Source: a bacterium
GTDB taxonomy: Bacteria > Patescibacteriota > Dojkabacteria > JAKAPS01 > JAJZLI01
Length of the DNA stretch: 64,000 nucleotides
NCBI GenBank assembly: GCA_021816845.1
Contig: JAKAWT010000002.1
Location: forward strand, 141,724 to 205,723
Direction of reading: 5' to 3'
Position 1 is the first letter of the stretch; every line of letters begins with the position of its first letter. Below the pieces are notes generated by a model, which was given only the letters and a program-made list of their open reading frames with translations, did not search any database and was not told where the DNA came from. Below are positions 9,872-20,241 of this stretch, piece after piece. The translations under genes and the position numbers were made by a program.

Positions 9872-10594
9872 ATGTTAGAAATTAATAATCTCTCAAAATC
9901 ATTTAACGGTAGAAAGGTTCTTCATGATATCAACATTAAGGTCAAAGAAGGTGAAATATATGGGTTTTTAGGCCCTAATGGTGCAGGAAAAAGTACAACA
10001 GTAAAAATAATGGCAGGTATATATATACAAGATAGTGGTAATGTACTAGTAAATGGTCAAGATAATAGAAATATCAATGTCAAAAAGATTATTGGATATA
10101 TGCCTGATGAGCCATATGTATATGAAAGACTCAATGCAAAAGAATTCTTATCTTTTGTAGCAGATATATATGATATTCAAGATAAAGATAGAAAAATCAA
10201 AGAAGCGTTGAATCTTTTTGATACAGATGAAAATTTGGACTCTGATGATTCAAATTTAAATATAGAAAACCTTTCTAGAGGTTCTAGGCAAAAGCTTGTT
10301 ATTGCAGCTACATTGATGCATGATCCTAAGATTTTGATAATAGATGAGCCTTTAATAGGTCTAGATCCTAAATCAGTAATCCAGTTTCAGGCTATATTAG
10401 AGAATTTTTCAAAAAATAAGGGGATTATATTTCTATCAACTCATTCACTAGATATAGCATCTAAGATTTGTACTAAGATTGGTATAATCAATCATGGGAA
10501 AATTATTGATGAAGGTACCATAGATGAATTAAAAGATCAAACTAAGAAAAATAATTTAGAAGATGTCTTCTTAAAACTTACATATGAAGAGTAA
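9872..10594 (+). CDS. ABC transporter ATP-binding protein
   Basis: Walker A GPNGAGKST, ABC signature LSRGSRQKL, Walker B ILIIDEP. Confidence 0.85.
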   Translation: MLEINNLSKSFNGRKVLHDINIKVKEGEIYGFLGPNGAGKSTTVKIMAGIYIQDSGNVLVNGQDNRNINVKKIIGYMPDEPYVYERLNAKEFLSFVADIYDIQDKDRKIKEALNLFDTDENLDSDDSNLNIENLSRGSRQKLVIAATLMHDPKILIIDEPLIGLDPKSVIQFQAILENFSKNKGIIFLSTHSLDIASKICTKIGIINHGKIIDEGTIDELKDQTKKNNLEDVFLKLTYEE

Positions 10595-12143
10595 ATATTT
10601 CATTAAGTATGCATTACTTGCAAATTCAAAATATTTCAAAGAAAAAAATATCGCAAGGAAAATTGTTATCATATTATTTTTTCTTGCAGTCATAGCTTTA
10701 TTATTGATAGAATTTATACTTTATTTCTTTCTTCTTACCATACTCAAACAACATAATGTTAATATTGATGTTGTAAATGCAATAATATCAGATTCACTGT
10801 TTTTTATATTTATATTCTCACTTATATCATCATGTGCATTGCTTTTTAAAACATTCCTTATCAATCCTTTCGAAAGTTATATTCTAACATTTCCAGTGTC
10901 TAAAGAAGATATCATAATATCAAAAATTTCACATATATTCTTTACAAATATACTAATAATATCTCTTTTTTCATCTCCAATAATATTTACATACATATAC
11001 ATATATAACATACAATTTTTTAACATACCTTTCCTTATTTTGATCATTATACTGTTTATCCTATCTTCTATATTTGTTACTTTATTTGATGCTATATGGG
11101 TTATGATTACCAATCAAATATTACCTACACTAAAGGAAAATATAAAGACAAACTTTTCTTTAATAGTGATACTTTTTCTAGCATTTCTCCTAGCTTTAAA
11201 AAGTATTCCAAATTTAGAACTGTTATCTAAATCAAAAAATGTTGCTATGTTTACCAATATAATGATGCAATCAAAACCTCTAAGCATACTACCTTCCAGT
11301 CTTATATCTAACGTCTTAAGTTTTAGAGACTATACACAACTTGCCATTCTGATTTTTGAGGTAATAGTTCTGTATATTATTTTTGTTTTTCTTTCAAAAA
11401 AAGTTGTCTTTAAGTTATCAACACAGATAAAATCTGATAGGAATATTAAGTATTTTAAGAACTTTATTCTAAATAAAGAGCTGAATAATTTCTTTAAACA
11501 GGAGAAAAATCTAATCAATTCTCTATCAATATTTTTCCTTTTAGTAATATTTATAGCCTTAATAATAAGTATAGGAAATGCTAATATATCTTTGAAATAC
11601 TATAGTTTATTTTATGTGTTAATTCTCGGAAGTTTCGCCTATATATTAACCCTTTTGTCATTATATTTTATTTTTCCATCTTTATCTATGGAGAAAAAAG
11701 GAGGATGGATAATATTTCAGGCACCAATAAAAAGAAGTGTTATATTAAAATATAAATACATAGCATCAACTGTATTTATGTTTGTACAGACCATAGTATT
11801 ATATTTGATTTTTCAATTTTTTCTAAATTTTAAAGGAAACTATTTTTATTATTTTATAGTATTCACAATAATGACATTTATAACAATTAATATAATATTT
11901 TTATCACTAGGTACTATTTCCCCTAATTTTAAAAATAGAAGTCTCCAGGATTTGTCCACTACCCCATCAGCTTTATTTGCAACTTTCTTAAGTGTTTTTT
12001 ATATAGTATTTCTACTATATATATTATATAAATATGGATTTTTGTTATCTTTGATCCTAATGGTTATAATATCAGGATTCATCATTTTGGTATTAATGAA
12101 TAAAGCATTTTCGAAAATTAATACTATGGATATTGATTTCTGA
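10584..12143 (+). CDS. ABC-2-type permease / polytopic membrane protein
   Basis: 519 aa, very hydrophobic with more than 10 predicted TM segments. Overlaps the ABC ATPase stop by 11 nt (translational coupling). Confidence 0.55.
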   Translation: MKSKYFIKYALLANSKYFKEKNIARKIVIILFFLAVIALLLIEFILYFFLLTILKQHNVNIDVVNAIISDSLFFIFIFSLISSCALLFKTFLINPFESYILTFPVSKEDIIISKISHIFFTNILIISLFSSPIIFTYIYIYNIQFFNIPFLILIIILFILSSIFVTLFDAIWVMITNQILPTLKENIKTNFSLIVILFLAFLLALKSIPNLELLSKSKNVAMFTNIMMQSKPLSILPSSLISNVLSFRDYTQLAILIFEVIVLYIIFVFLSKKVVFKLSTQIKSDRNIKYFKNFILNKELNNFFKQEKNLINSLSIFFLLVIFIALIISIGNANISLKYYSLFYVLILGSFAYILTLLSLYFIFPSLSMEKKGGWIIFQAPIKRSVILKYKYIASTVFMFVQTIVLYLIFQFFLNFKGNYFYYFIVFTIMTFITINIIFLSLGTISPNFKNRSLQDLSTTPSALFATFLSVFYIVFLLYILYKYGFLLSLILMVIISGFIILVLMNKAFSKINTMDIDF

Positions 12144-12166
12144 TATTTTCACCTAATGTTTCTATT

Positions 12167-13396
12167 TTAGTATTTAATTTTATCTATAGGGAATATATTG
12201 AATTCTTCTTCGTTCCTTTTTTTTATCTCCACTCCACCACTCTCTAAACTTCTCTTAGTTACTAGAATCCTCAGAGGTATTCCTATCAGGTCTGCATCTT
12301 GTAATTTCTCACCAATACTTATATTTTCTCTATCATCAAATAAAATAGATTTACCTTCTTTTTCCAATTTTTCTGCTATCTTAGTTACTATATCAAGATT
12401 TTCATTACCCACATTTATAATATGAATATCATATGGTGCTATGGATTTTGGCCAAACTATACCATTTTTATCATTAAATTTTTCTACTATTATCCCCATT
12501 AATCTACTTATCCCTATACCATAACAACCCATATAGACTTCTTTATTTTTGTTATTTTCATCTTTGAATAGGTAATTAAATGGTTTGGAGTATTTTGTAT
12601 CAATCTGAAAAATATTCGCTGCTTCAGAAGCCTTTACTGGTTTAGTAGATTCTCTTAGATCCTTTGGTACTATTTCTTCATTATAGTAAATATTATTTTT
12701 AGAATCATAATAAATACTGTCTTCTCCTGTATTACATCTAACTTGAAACTCTGTGGAGTAATTTTTTGTGAAATCTCCTCCAGATGCTAAAACTTCTACA
12801 GTATCATTTTCAAGTTCTAATTTTTTGAAAATATTCCAATAATATTCTTTTACATTATCAAAATATTCTTCTAAATCTTTTTTACTCTTATGGAAACTAT
12901 ATAAATCTTTCATTATGAATTCTCTTCCACGTAATAGTCCTGATTTTGGTCTTTTTTCATTTCTAAATTTTGTTTGTATCTGATATATAGCAAATGGTAG
13001 GTCTTTATAACTGGAGTTATATTCTTTAGCTAGAGGTGTAACGATTTCTTCGTGAGAAGGGTTTAGAATGTATTCGCCCTCACTACCTTCTTTAGATAAT
13101 TTATTCCCTCCACTTGCTTTAAGTATAACGTCAAAACTATCTAACCTACCTGTTATTTCCCATATATTGGTAGGAGATATAGAAGGCATTAAAATTTCAT
13201 TTGAAATTTTATCCATTTCTTCTCTTATTATGTTCTCTATTTTTGATATTACTTTTAGTCCTAAAGGTAAATATGTGTAAACTCCAGCCATTTCTTGATT
13301 TATGAAGCCTGATTTTTGGAGAAGTGTAGCATTTATAGAATCAAATTCTTTTGCTTCTTTATTAGTTTTTCCAAATAATTTTGAATATCTTTGCAT
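12167..13396 (-). CDS. proS: Prolyl-tRNA synthetase, minimal bacterial-type form without editing insertion
   Basis: N-terminus MQRYSKLFGKTNKEAKEFDSINATLLQKSGFINQEMAGVYTYLPLGLKV matches the ProRS N-terminus. Class II motifs and a C-terminal class II anticodon-binding domain (DIHIINVGNE...). At 409 aa it implies no INS editing domain. Confidence 0.8.
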   Translation of the reverse strand: MQRYSKLFGKTNKEAKEFDSINATLLQKSGFINQEMAGVYTYLPLGLKVISKIENIIREEMDKISNEILMPSISPTNIWEITGRLDSFDVILKASGGNKLSKEGSEGEYILNPSHEEIVTPLAKEYNSSYKDLPFAIYQIQTKFRNEKRPKSGLLRGREFIMKDLYSFHKSKKDLEEYFDNVKEYYWNIFKKLELENDTVEVLASGGDFTKNYSTEFQVRCNTGEDSIYYDSKNNIYYNEEIVPKDLRESTKPVKASEAANIFQIDTKYSKPFNYLFKDENNKNKEVYMGCYGIGISRLMGIIVEKFNDKNGIVWPKSIAPYDIHIINVGNENLDIVTKIAEKLEKEGKSILFDDRENISIGEKLQDADLIGIPLRILVTKRSLESGGVEIKKRNEEEFNIFPIDKIKY

Positions 13397-13531
13397 TGTT
13401 TTTCAACCTAGATCTTCTATTATATCATTATGTACAATAAAGAGGAACGAGACTATCTAGTTATTAGAATCCAGACTAAATTATATTTATAGTTTGATAA
13501 AACCTTTTAAATAGGATAAAATCTCTTTATC

Positions 13532-14980
13532 ATGGCAACATTTGATGAGTTAAGACAACAAAGACTAGATAAACTTAAACTTCTTAAGGATAAGGGTATA
13601 GATCCCTACCCCATAAGATCTAGGAAAGATTATACTAATAAAGAAGCCTTAGATAATTTCACTAAATTTGAAAATAAAACAATATATCTTACCGGCAGGG
13701 TTGTAGGAATAAGATCTCATGGTAAAATATCATTTTTTGATATTGAAGATGACAGTTCGAAGATACAACTTTTTTTATCTTTAAAAAGTACAAAAAATTA
13801 TGATTTATTAGAGCTCTTCGATTTAGGTGATCATATAGAAGCAAAAGGGACTCTATTTAAAACGAGTGCTGGAGAGATAACTTTGAATGTTGAAGAGTAT
13901 AAAATGCTTTCTAAATCAATACGTCCTCTTCCAGGAGAACATTTTGGATTACAAGATGAAGAGGAAAAAGTACGAAAAAGATATGTGGATCTTATAACAA
14001 ATAAAGAGCTAAAGGAAAAATTAAGGTTAAAATCAAAGTTTTTTCAGGCATGCAGAGACTATTTATTGAAGGAAAACTTTCTGGAAGTTGATACACCAAT
14101 ACTTGAGCTTATCCCTGGTGGAGCTGAAGCTGAACCTTTTATGACTCACCATAACTCTCTAAACCAAGATCTATATTTAAGAATAGCATTAGAACTTTAT
14201 TTAAAAAGACTTATGGTTGCAGGATTTGATAAAGTTTTTGGAATAGGCAAAGTTTTTAGGAATGAAGGTATGAGTATGCAACATCTTCAGGAATTTACAA
14301 TGATGGAATGTTACTGGGCATATTCAGACTATGAAGATATGATGGAATTTGTTCAAGGTCTATATACATATATGATTAAAGAAACTTTTGGTACACTGAT
14401 CATTAAATATAAAGATGAAGAGATAGATTTTACTCCACCATGGCCTAAGGTGAAATACTCTGAATTAATGAAAGAAGTTGGATGTGATCTTTCAGAATAT
14501 GACACATTGGAGAAATTGAGGAAAAAAGGATTGGAAATAGGATTATCTGATGATAGTAAATTAGATAAGAATAGATGGATAGATAGAATATATAAAAAGA
14601 TAGCAAGACCAACTTTAAAAGGTCCTGTATTTTTAATAGATCATCCAATAGAAATATCTCCTCTTGCAAAATCAAAAAGAGATAACTCTGCATTTGTTGA
14701 TAGATTCCAAGTATTGATGTTTGGGGCTGAGGTTGGTAATGCATTTTCTGAACTTAATGACCCAATTGATCAATTAAATAGATTTAAAGAGCAACAAAAT
14801 ATGAGAGATAAAGGTGATAAAGAGGCTCAAATGATGGATCAAGATTTTATAGAAGCATTAGAATATGGTATGCCTCCAGCTTCTGGATTTGGAGTAGGTC
14901 TTGAAAGATTTTTTATGATTGTTGCTAATTTATCTAATATAAGAGAAACAGAATTCTTCCCTATTATTAAAAAAGTTTAA
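13532..14980 (+). CDS. lysS: Lysyl-tRNA synthetase, class II
   Basis: N-terminal OB-fold anticodon domain, class II catalytic core (FRNEGMSMQHLQEFTMMECYWAY; GMPPASGFGVGLERFFM motif 3). Confidence 0.9.
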   Translation: MATFDELRQQRLDKLKLLKDKGIDPYPIRSRKDYTNKEALDNFTKFENKTIYLTGRVVGIRSHGKISFFDIEDDSSKIQLFLSLKSTKNYDLLELFDLGDHIEAKGTLFKTSAGEITLNVEEYKMLSKSIRPLPGEHFGLQDEEEKVRKRYVDLITNKELKEKLRLKSKFFQACRDYLLKENFLEVDTPILELIPGGAEAEPFMTHHNSLNQDLYLRIALELYLKRLMVAGFDKVFGIGKVFRNEGMSMQHLQEFTMMECYWAYSDYEDMMEFVQGLYTYMIKETFGTLIIKYKDEEIDFTPPWPKVKYSELMKEVGCDLSEYDTLEKLRKKGLEIGLSDDSKLDKNRWIDRIYKKIARPTLKGPVFLIDHPIEISPLAKSKRDNSAFVDRFQVLMFGAEVGNAFSELNDPIDQLNRFKEQQNMRDKGDKEAQMMDQDFIEALEYGMPPASGFGVGLERFFMIVANLSNIRETEFFPIIKKV

Positions 14981-14981
14981 A

Positions 14982-15010
14982 AAACTCATCAATAATACTA
15001 TGAGTTGACA
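14982..15010 (+). terminator. Possible weak intrinsic terminator after lysS
   Basis: Inverted repeat AACTCAT-n10-ATGAGTT immediately after the lysS stop, followed by an A/T-rich stretch. The stem is AT-rich, so confidence is low. Confidence 0.25.
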
Positions 15011-15406
15011 AAAATTATTACTTCTTTTAAAATAAGTGTCTTAATTTATCTATTAAAAAAAATGTCTCCAGAAATTTTTACAAATCTGCATCAGCTAGGA
15101 AACCCAGATTCTCAGCACCCAGATGATTCAATTATAGTGGATAGTCATAAGAATACATATGCTTTAGGATTAGCTTTAGAGGCTTCTGAAATGGATAAAA
15201 ATGGAGATTTAAATCCAGATGGTTCACTTGTTAAATATACTGATATTATAGATATATTAATAGCTAGGATAAAAAGAAAAATGTGTTTAGATATTTCTAG
15301 AAAAGAAATGATTTGTCATGTTGCACAGCATAAAATTAGTACTGAAGATGATGAGAACAAAATATTTGCTGAAATAGAACGTAAATGGGTTGGTAGTCTT
15401 TATTAA
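15005..15406 (+). CDS. Hypothetical protein
   Basis: ORF only; no recognisable motifs. Confidence 0.25.
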   Translation: MTKIITSFKISVLIYLLKKMSPEIFTNLHQLGNPDSQHPDDSIIVDSHKNTYALGLALEASEMDKNGDLNPDGSLVKYTDIIDILIARIKRKMCLDISRKEMICHVAQHKISTEDDENKIFAEIERKWVGSLY

Positions 15407-15445
15407 TAGTTCTTTATGGACTTTCTAAATTAATAGGATTAATTA

Positions 15446-16027
15446 TTAAAGTTCTCCATTTATGTATCTAACAATCTCATTCCAAGAATAAACCCTTTTA
15501 GTATTTTTGATTTTTTTCATATCTTGATTCCATGGAGCATCAAATATTAAGGTTTCAATACCTAGAGATGATACCTCTATAACATTCTCTACTGCATCAT
15601 CTATAAAAATATTAATATTTAAATTATTACATACCTCTGCTTTTGATCTTATTTTATCATTATCATACCCTGTAAAATGTACATCTTTATAATATCCTTT
15701 AAAATGGATATCTAGATTTTTTAGAGTTCTATCTTTTAAAAATAATGATCTTGCTGTTATTAGGTATATATCATGATTTTTAGATAGTTTGGCCAATCCT
15801 GCCTTTGATCCCTGGATTGGTTTAAGATTTAGAAATTTTTCAGAATTATGCCACTTCTTTAATTTTAATTCATATTCTTCTATAGAATCCCACACGTTAT
15901 GAAGTGCATAGATTTCATTTATGGGCAAAGATTCTTTTTTAGAATCATATATGTACTTGAGTGATGATATCTCATCTAATATAACATTATCAATATCAAC
16001 ACCAATTTTTAATCTTTTTCTTATCAT
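15446..16027 (-). CDS. HAD-superfamily 5'(3')-deoxyribonucleotidase-like phosphatase
   Basis: N-terminal DxDxV nucleophile motif (KIGVDIDNVILD) as in the NT5C family; 193 aa. Confidence 0.55.
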   Translation of the reverse strand: MIRKRLKIGVDIDNVILDEISSLKYIYDSKKESLPINEIYALHNVWDSIEEYELKLKKWHNSEKFLNLKPIQGSKAGLAKLSKNHDIYLITARSLFLKDRTLKNLDIHFKGYYKDVHFTGYDNDKIRSKAEVCNNLNINIFIDDAVENVIEVSSLGIETLIFDAPWNQDMKKIKNTKRVYSWNEIVRYINGEL

Positions 16028-16059
16028 TAAGTTTTATTAAAAGGATTTATATAAAAGTA

Positions 16060-17409
16060 TTATAAGTTGCTTACCAATTGCTGATACAAAGCAACGTATT
16101 TTTCTGCAGATCTACCCCAAGAAAAATCTTCATTCATTGCTGTTTGTATCATTTCATCCCATTTTGGGGTATTGAACATGGATAATGCCTCTTTTAGAGT
16201 GTTTACTAAACTCAATGGGGAATATTCTTCAAATGTAAATCCAGATACCAAACCTTCTACTGAGTCCTTAAGTCCTCCAGTCGATCTTACAATAGGCAGT
16301 GTTCCATACTTCATTGCAATCATTTGTGTTAATCCAGATGGTTCATATCTTGAAGGTATTATTAATGCATCAGCACCTGCATATATTTTTTCAGCTAATG
16401 TTATATCAAAAGTGATATCAGCAAATAAAGAAGGATCCTTTGTTCCTAGAATCTGTAGTTGATCTTCAAAATCTTTGGCTCCTGTACCCAATATGATGAA
16501 ATTTGCATTTTTATTCTCTAGAGTCTCCATAGCTTTGATCAATATATCAATACCTTTCTGATAATCTAGTCTTGATATAAAAGCAAAAAGAGGAGCATCA
16601 GTGCTAAATTTTAAATGTAATTCATCAATAAGTCTTTTTTTGTTTTCCAGTTTTCCCATCTTATAATTGGATATATTATATTTGGAATAAATTTTATCAT
16701 CCTTATCTGGATCATAAATTGAATAATCTATTCCATTCAATATTCCATATAAATTACTTTTTCTAAGTTCCATAAAATCTTCTATCTCTCCTCCGTATTC
16801 TTTTGTTAATATCTCTTTAGCATAAGTAGAAGATACTGTGGATACAATATTTGCATTTAATACACCTTGTAATAGAAGATTAATTTGGTTATCTGATTTA
16901 TCAATCTCTATAGTTGAATGATATTTTTGAAGCTTTAATGCATCTAATATTTCAAGTGAATATCTTCCTTGGTAGGCTGGACCTAAATTATGTATAGTTA
17001 ACATAGTTTTTACATTATTTAATCCTATGTCTTTTAGAAGTATAGGTATTAATGATGTGTGATAATCATTTATATGGACAATATCTACTCTTCCAAATTT
17101 TTCATCTTTTATGTCTTGAACTACCTTTTGTGAAAACATTGCAAATCTTATAGGGTCATCTGGATATCCATAAACGTTATCTCTTGATGAAAAATATTCT
17201 GGTATATCTATATAATTAATTTTTACATCTGAACCAGGGATTGTTGCAGGCTGTGGTGTAGGTATTATTTTATATTTAGGTATTACTACTTGTATATTAA
17301 TAAAGTCTAATAAACATTTTGGTAAAGCCCCTGCAACATCTGCAAGACCACCTACCTTTATTATTGGTGCAAGCTCAGATGAAACAAATAAAACATTAAT
17401 TTTGTCCAT
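16060..17409 (-). CDS. glgA: Glycogen/starch synthase (GT5, GlgA-like), paralog a
   Basis: N-terminal KVGGLADVAGALPK (KxGGL motif). GT-B fold length, C-terminal E-x7-E region (SRYEPSGLTQM). Confidence 0.8.
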   Translation of the reverse strand: MDKINVLFVSSELAPIIKVGGLADVAGALPKCLLDFINIQVVIPKYKIIPTPQPATIPGSDVKINYIDIPEYFSSRDNVYGYPDDPIRFAMFSQKVVQDIKDEKFGRVDIVHINDYHTSLIPILLKDIGLNNVKTMLTIHNLGPAYQGRYSLEILDALKLQKYHSTIEIDKSDNQINLLLQGVLNANIVSTVSSTYAKEILTKEYGGEIEDFMELRKSNLYGILNGIDYSIYDPDKDDKIYSKYNISNYKMGKLENKKRLIDELHLKFSTDAPLFAFISRLDYQKGIDILIKAMETLENKNANFIILGTGAKDFEDQLQILGTKDPSLFADITFDITLAEKIYAGADALIIPSRYEPSGLTQMIAMKYGTLPIVRSTGGLKDSVEGLVSGFTFEEYSPLSLVNTLKEALSMFNTPKWDEMIQTAMNEDFSWGRSAEKYVALYQQLVSNL

Positions 17410-18826
17410 GTTTTTTATTATAGCCTATTATTCCTTTTTGTTTCAAATAAAGATTGTTTATTCTTTTTCTGAACTCTTCTGCTCTTTTAAAATTTAATTT
17501 TTCTGCTGATTCAAGCATTTGCTTTTCAAGATGTTTTATTATGCTATCATATTCTTTAGGATCAGCATCATATGATTTAGTTTCAATAATTTCACCAGCT
17601 TCTTCATCAAAATTATTTGCCATTCTATCTATAACTCCTTCTCTTTGCCATGCAAATGCAGTAAATATTATGTCTTTATATAAATTTATTGCCCTTTTTT
17701 TATCTTCATCCTCCAAATCAGGTAAGTTAAGGATACTCTCTCTAAGTTCATATGCTCCCTTTTCTATCATTTCTATACTCCACCATGGTCTTGCTGAAGC
17801 CCACCAATATTGATCGGAATGTATTGCTTTATCAAGGATACTTCGTGCTCTATACCATTGTTTTTCTTTTATACTAAGCTTTCTATTCTTATCATTCAAG
17901 TCGTTAAACCTATATTTTGAGGTACTAACTTTTTCTATTGCAAAATGTGTAAGCTGCCATTGCATTTGATTTACTTTATTATCGCGATTTAACCACCTTT
18001 GGTATGGTTGGTCTTTTAATAGTTCCGTTGGGATTAAAGCCCAAGTAGAGGGAACTATTGATACACTATCTCCAATTTTAAAAGAATCTAGTAGATCCTC
18101 ATATCTTGCAGTTTTGATCTTATCAGACTTAAATATATCCTCAAGTAGTAATTCAAGCCCTGGTCTGTGATGGCCAAATGTTTCTCCATCCATTGCTGTT
18201 GGCAGATAAATATTCTGATTAATCAAGTCTTTTATTTCTGCTAAGAATATATTTCCATTTTCAAGTTGTGCAGATAATATTTTAAAACTGATATCTCTAT
18301 CTCTAAAAAAACCTACCATGTTGGTTCCTTTAATTTTATATAATACGTCATGTTTTATATCACCTTTATCTTTTTCAAAGGCTAACTCATCAAATAACAT
18401 CCATTTATAACCCATCTTTGAAACAACATTAACAACTTTTTCTGATATTCCAAGTTCAGGAGAAAAAAAACCTTTTGGGTTATATAAAGGTCCATATACT
18501 GATTTGTTTATTTTATGGTTTAATTCTATCTGCCTTATTATTTCATCCTCTGGGATTAGTGGAAGGAATGCATGATATGCTGCTGAATCAGTTAATTCTA
18601 TTTGTCCTCTTTCAAGTAATAACTTTATATCCTCAATCAGGTTATAATACTTATATTTTATAAATAACTCTGTAAGTGATGCGTTTATATTTAATGTGAT
18701 TTTACCTTTTGTATTTTCTTTTAAGGTATTTAGAATAACACTATAACTTTCATCTGCTATAAGATCTAGCATTTCTTTTGTTTGAGTGGGTGGTTGATAT
18801 ATGTGTAGAAAATTTGCCCAAATCAT
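17396..18826 (-). CDS. Glycoside hydrolase family 57 protein (alpha-glucan branching/processing), paralog a
   Basis: GH57 region 1 NFLHIYQPPTQ (HxHQP-like), GQIEL, and a candidate nucleophile Glu (FSPELGI) and acid/base Asp (AMDGETFGHH). Overlaps the upstream GT5 by 14 nt. Confidence 0.75.
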   Translation of the reverse strand: MIWANFLHIYQPPTQTKEMLDLIADESYSVILNTLKENTKGKITLNINASLTELFIKYKYYNLIEDIKLLLERGQIELTDSAAYHAFLPLIPEDEIIRQIELNHKINKSVYGPLYNPKGFFSPELGISEKVVNVVSKMGYKWMLFDELAFEKDKGDIKHDVLYKIKGTNMVGFFRDRDISFKILSAQLENGNIFLAEIKDLINQNIYLPTAMDGETFGHHRPGLELLLEDIFKSDKIKTARYEDLLDSFKIGDSVSIVPSTWALIPTELLKDQPYQRWLNRDNKVNQMQWQLTHFAIEKVSTSKYRFNDLNDKNRKLSIKEKQWYRARSILDKAIHSDQYWWASARPWWSIEMIEKGAYELRESILNLPDLEDEDKKRAINLYKDIIFTAFAWQREGVIDRMANNFDEEAGEIIETKSYDADPKEYDSIIKHLEKQMLESAEKLNFKRAEEFRKRINNLYLKQKGIIGYNKKHGQN

Positions 18827-18829
18827 ATA

Positions 18830-20239
18830 TTAATTTTTATTTCCTAAATTTAATTTTTCTTGTTTGATTTCCTCTATCCTAGTTTTTAACTTATCTGCTA
18901 TGTCATACTCTCTATTTTTTGATGCATTGTACATTTCTTTTTCTAATCTTTTTATTGCTTTATCATATCCATTTGGATCTGCTTTTTTATTTGAAATTTC
19001 TTTATTGCGTTCATCAAGAAAAAATTGTGATGATAGTTTTTTTATTTTTCCTTCCCTTTCCCATGCTATGGCAGTTAGAATAATATCTTCATAATATGAT
19101 CTTCCTTTATCTTTGTCTGATTTTTCTGTGTCCGGGACTAAATCGATTACTACTGAAAGGTTATATGCACCTCTTTCAATCATTTCTATATCCCATACAG
19201 GTTTTGCTGATGCAAAAAAGAATTGGTCATGGTATAGGGATTGATCGAGCAAGTATCTCGCTTTTAGCCATGTTTTTTCCCTTTCTTGAAGATAAGTATA
19301 ATCTATATCTACAATATAAGGATCTTCAATTTGATATATAGAATTATACACAGATTTGAATGCTAAATTAAGTAATCTCTGTTGCAATTGATGAATTTTA
19401 TTATCTTTACTCATCCAACGTTCAAAAGAATTTTGTTCATTATATAAAGGTACAGTCCATGTACTTTGGTTAGGTTTTATATCAAATCTTTTTTTAATCT
19501 TAATTATTAAATCTTTAAACAAGATATAGTGTAGAGATTTTTGATTATATAGATATTCAAACATTTTTATATACCCTATTCTTTGATGTCCAAAAGTTTC
19601 TCCATCTTCTCCTGTATATAAGAACTCACCATTTTTTATTTTATTTTCAAATGAAGATATTAAATCTTCTTTCTTCTCCATTTGGGCAGTTAGGATATAA
19701 AAGCTAGATGCTCTATCTCTTATAAAAATATCTAGTCCATCGTTTTTATATATACATGAATGATCTATCTTTCCATTTATTGCAGTTTCATCAAGTAGTA
19801 TGTATTTATAGCCTGAAGATTCTAATCTAATATTTTTGATAACATCAAAAGATTTTTGGTCATATGCCATTGCTGTAGGTAGAAAACCTAATGGTTCATA
19901 GTTTTTAAAATACATTTTATTAATTTTTCTATTTAACAATATTTGCCTTTCAATTTCTTTTTTAGGTAACATTGGAAGGAACGCTTGGTAAGCTGGAGTG
20001 TCTATAAATTCTATTTGCCCTTGTAATGATAATTGAGATATTGTATCAAGTAAGCCAGTATACCCTAATTTATATAAAGTTTCTGTTAAACCTGCATTTA
20101 TTACAAGATTAATTTTTGCATTCTTATTATTTTTAATAACATTAAATAGAGGTATATAGCTTTCTTCAATAACCTTCTTTAGGATTTCATCTTTTTGTGT
20201 AGGTGGTTGATAAATGAATATCAGATTAGTCCAGTTCAT
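18830..20239 (-). CDS. Glycoside hydrolase family 57 protein, paralog b (possibly catalytically altered)
   Basis: Same architecture as paralog a (NLIFIYQPPTQ, GQIEF, EDGETFGHQ). The position aligned to the nucleophile Glu reads PTAMA. Confidence 0.7.
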   Translation of the reverse strand: MNWTNLIFIYQPPTQKDEILKKVIEESYIPLFNVIKNNKNAKINLVINAGLTETLYKLGYTGLLDTISQLSLQGQIEFIDTPAYQAFLPMLPKKEIERQILLNRKINKMYFKNYEPLGFLPTAMAYDQKSFDVIKNIRLESSGYKYILLDETAINGKIDHSCIYKNDGLDIFIRDRASSFYILTAQMEKKEDLISSFENKIKNGEFLYTGEDGETFGHQRIGYIKMFEYLYNQKSLHYILFKDLIIKIKKRFDIKPNQSTWTVPLYNEQNSFERWMSKDNKIHQLQQRLLNLAFKSVYNSIYQIEDPYIVDIDYTYLQEREKTWLKARYLLDQSLYHDQFFFASAKPVWDIEMIERGAYNLSVVIDLVPDTEKSDKDKGRSYYEDIILTAIAWEREGKIKKLSSQFFLDERNKEISNKKADPNGYDKAIKRLEKEMYNASKNREYDIADKLKTRIEEIKQEKLNLGNKN

Positions 20240-20241
20240 GA

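Noticed and set aside
14982-15010. Strong rho-independent terminator after lysS
   Set aside because: The stem is only 7 bp and AT-rich with a 10-nt loop, and it is followed by an A-run rather than a U-run on the transcript. It is kept only as a low-confidence feature.
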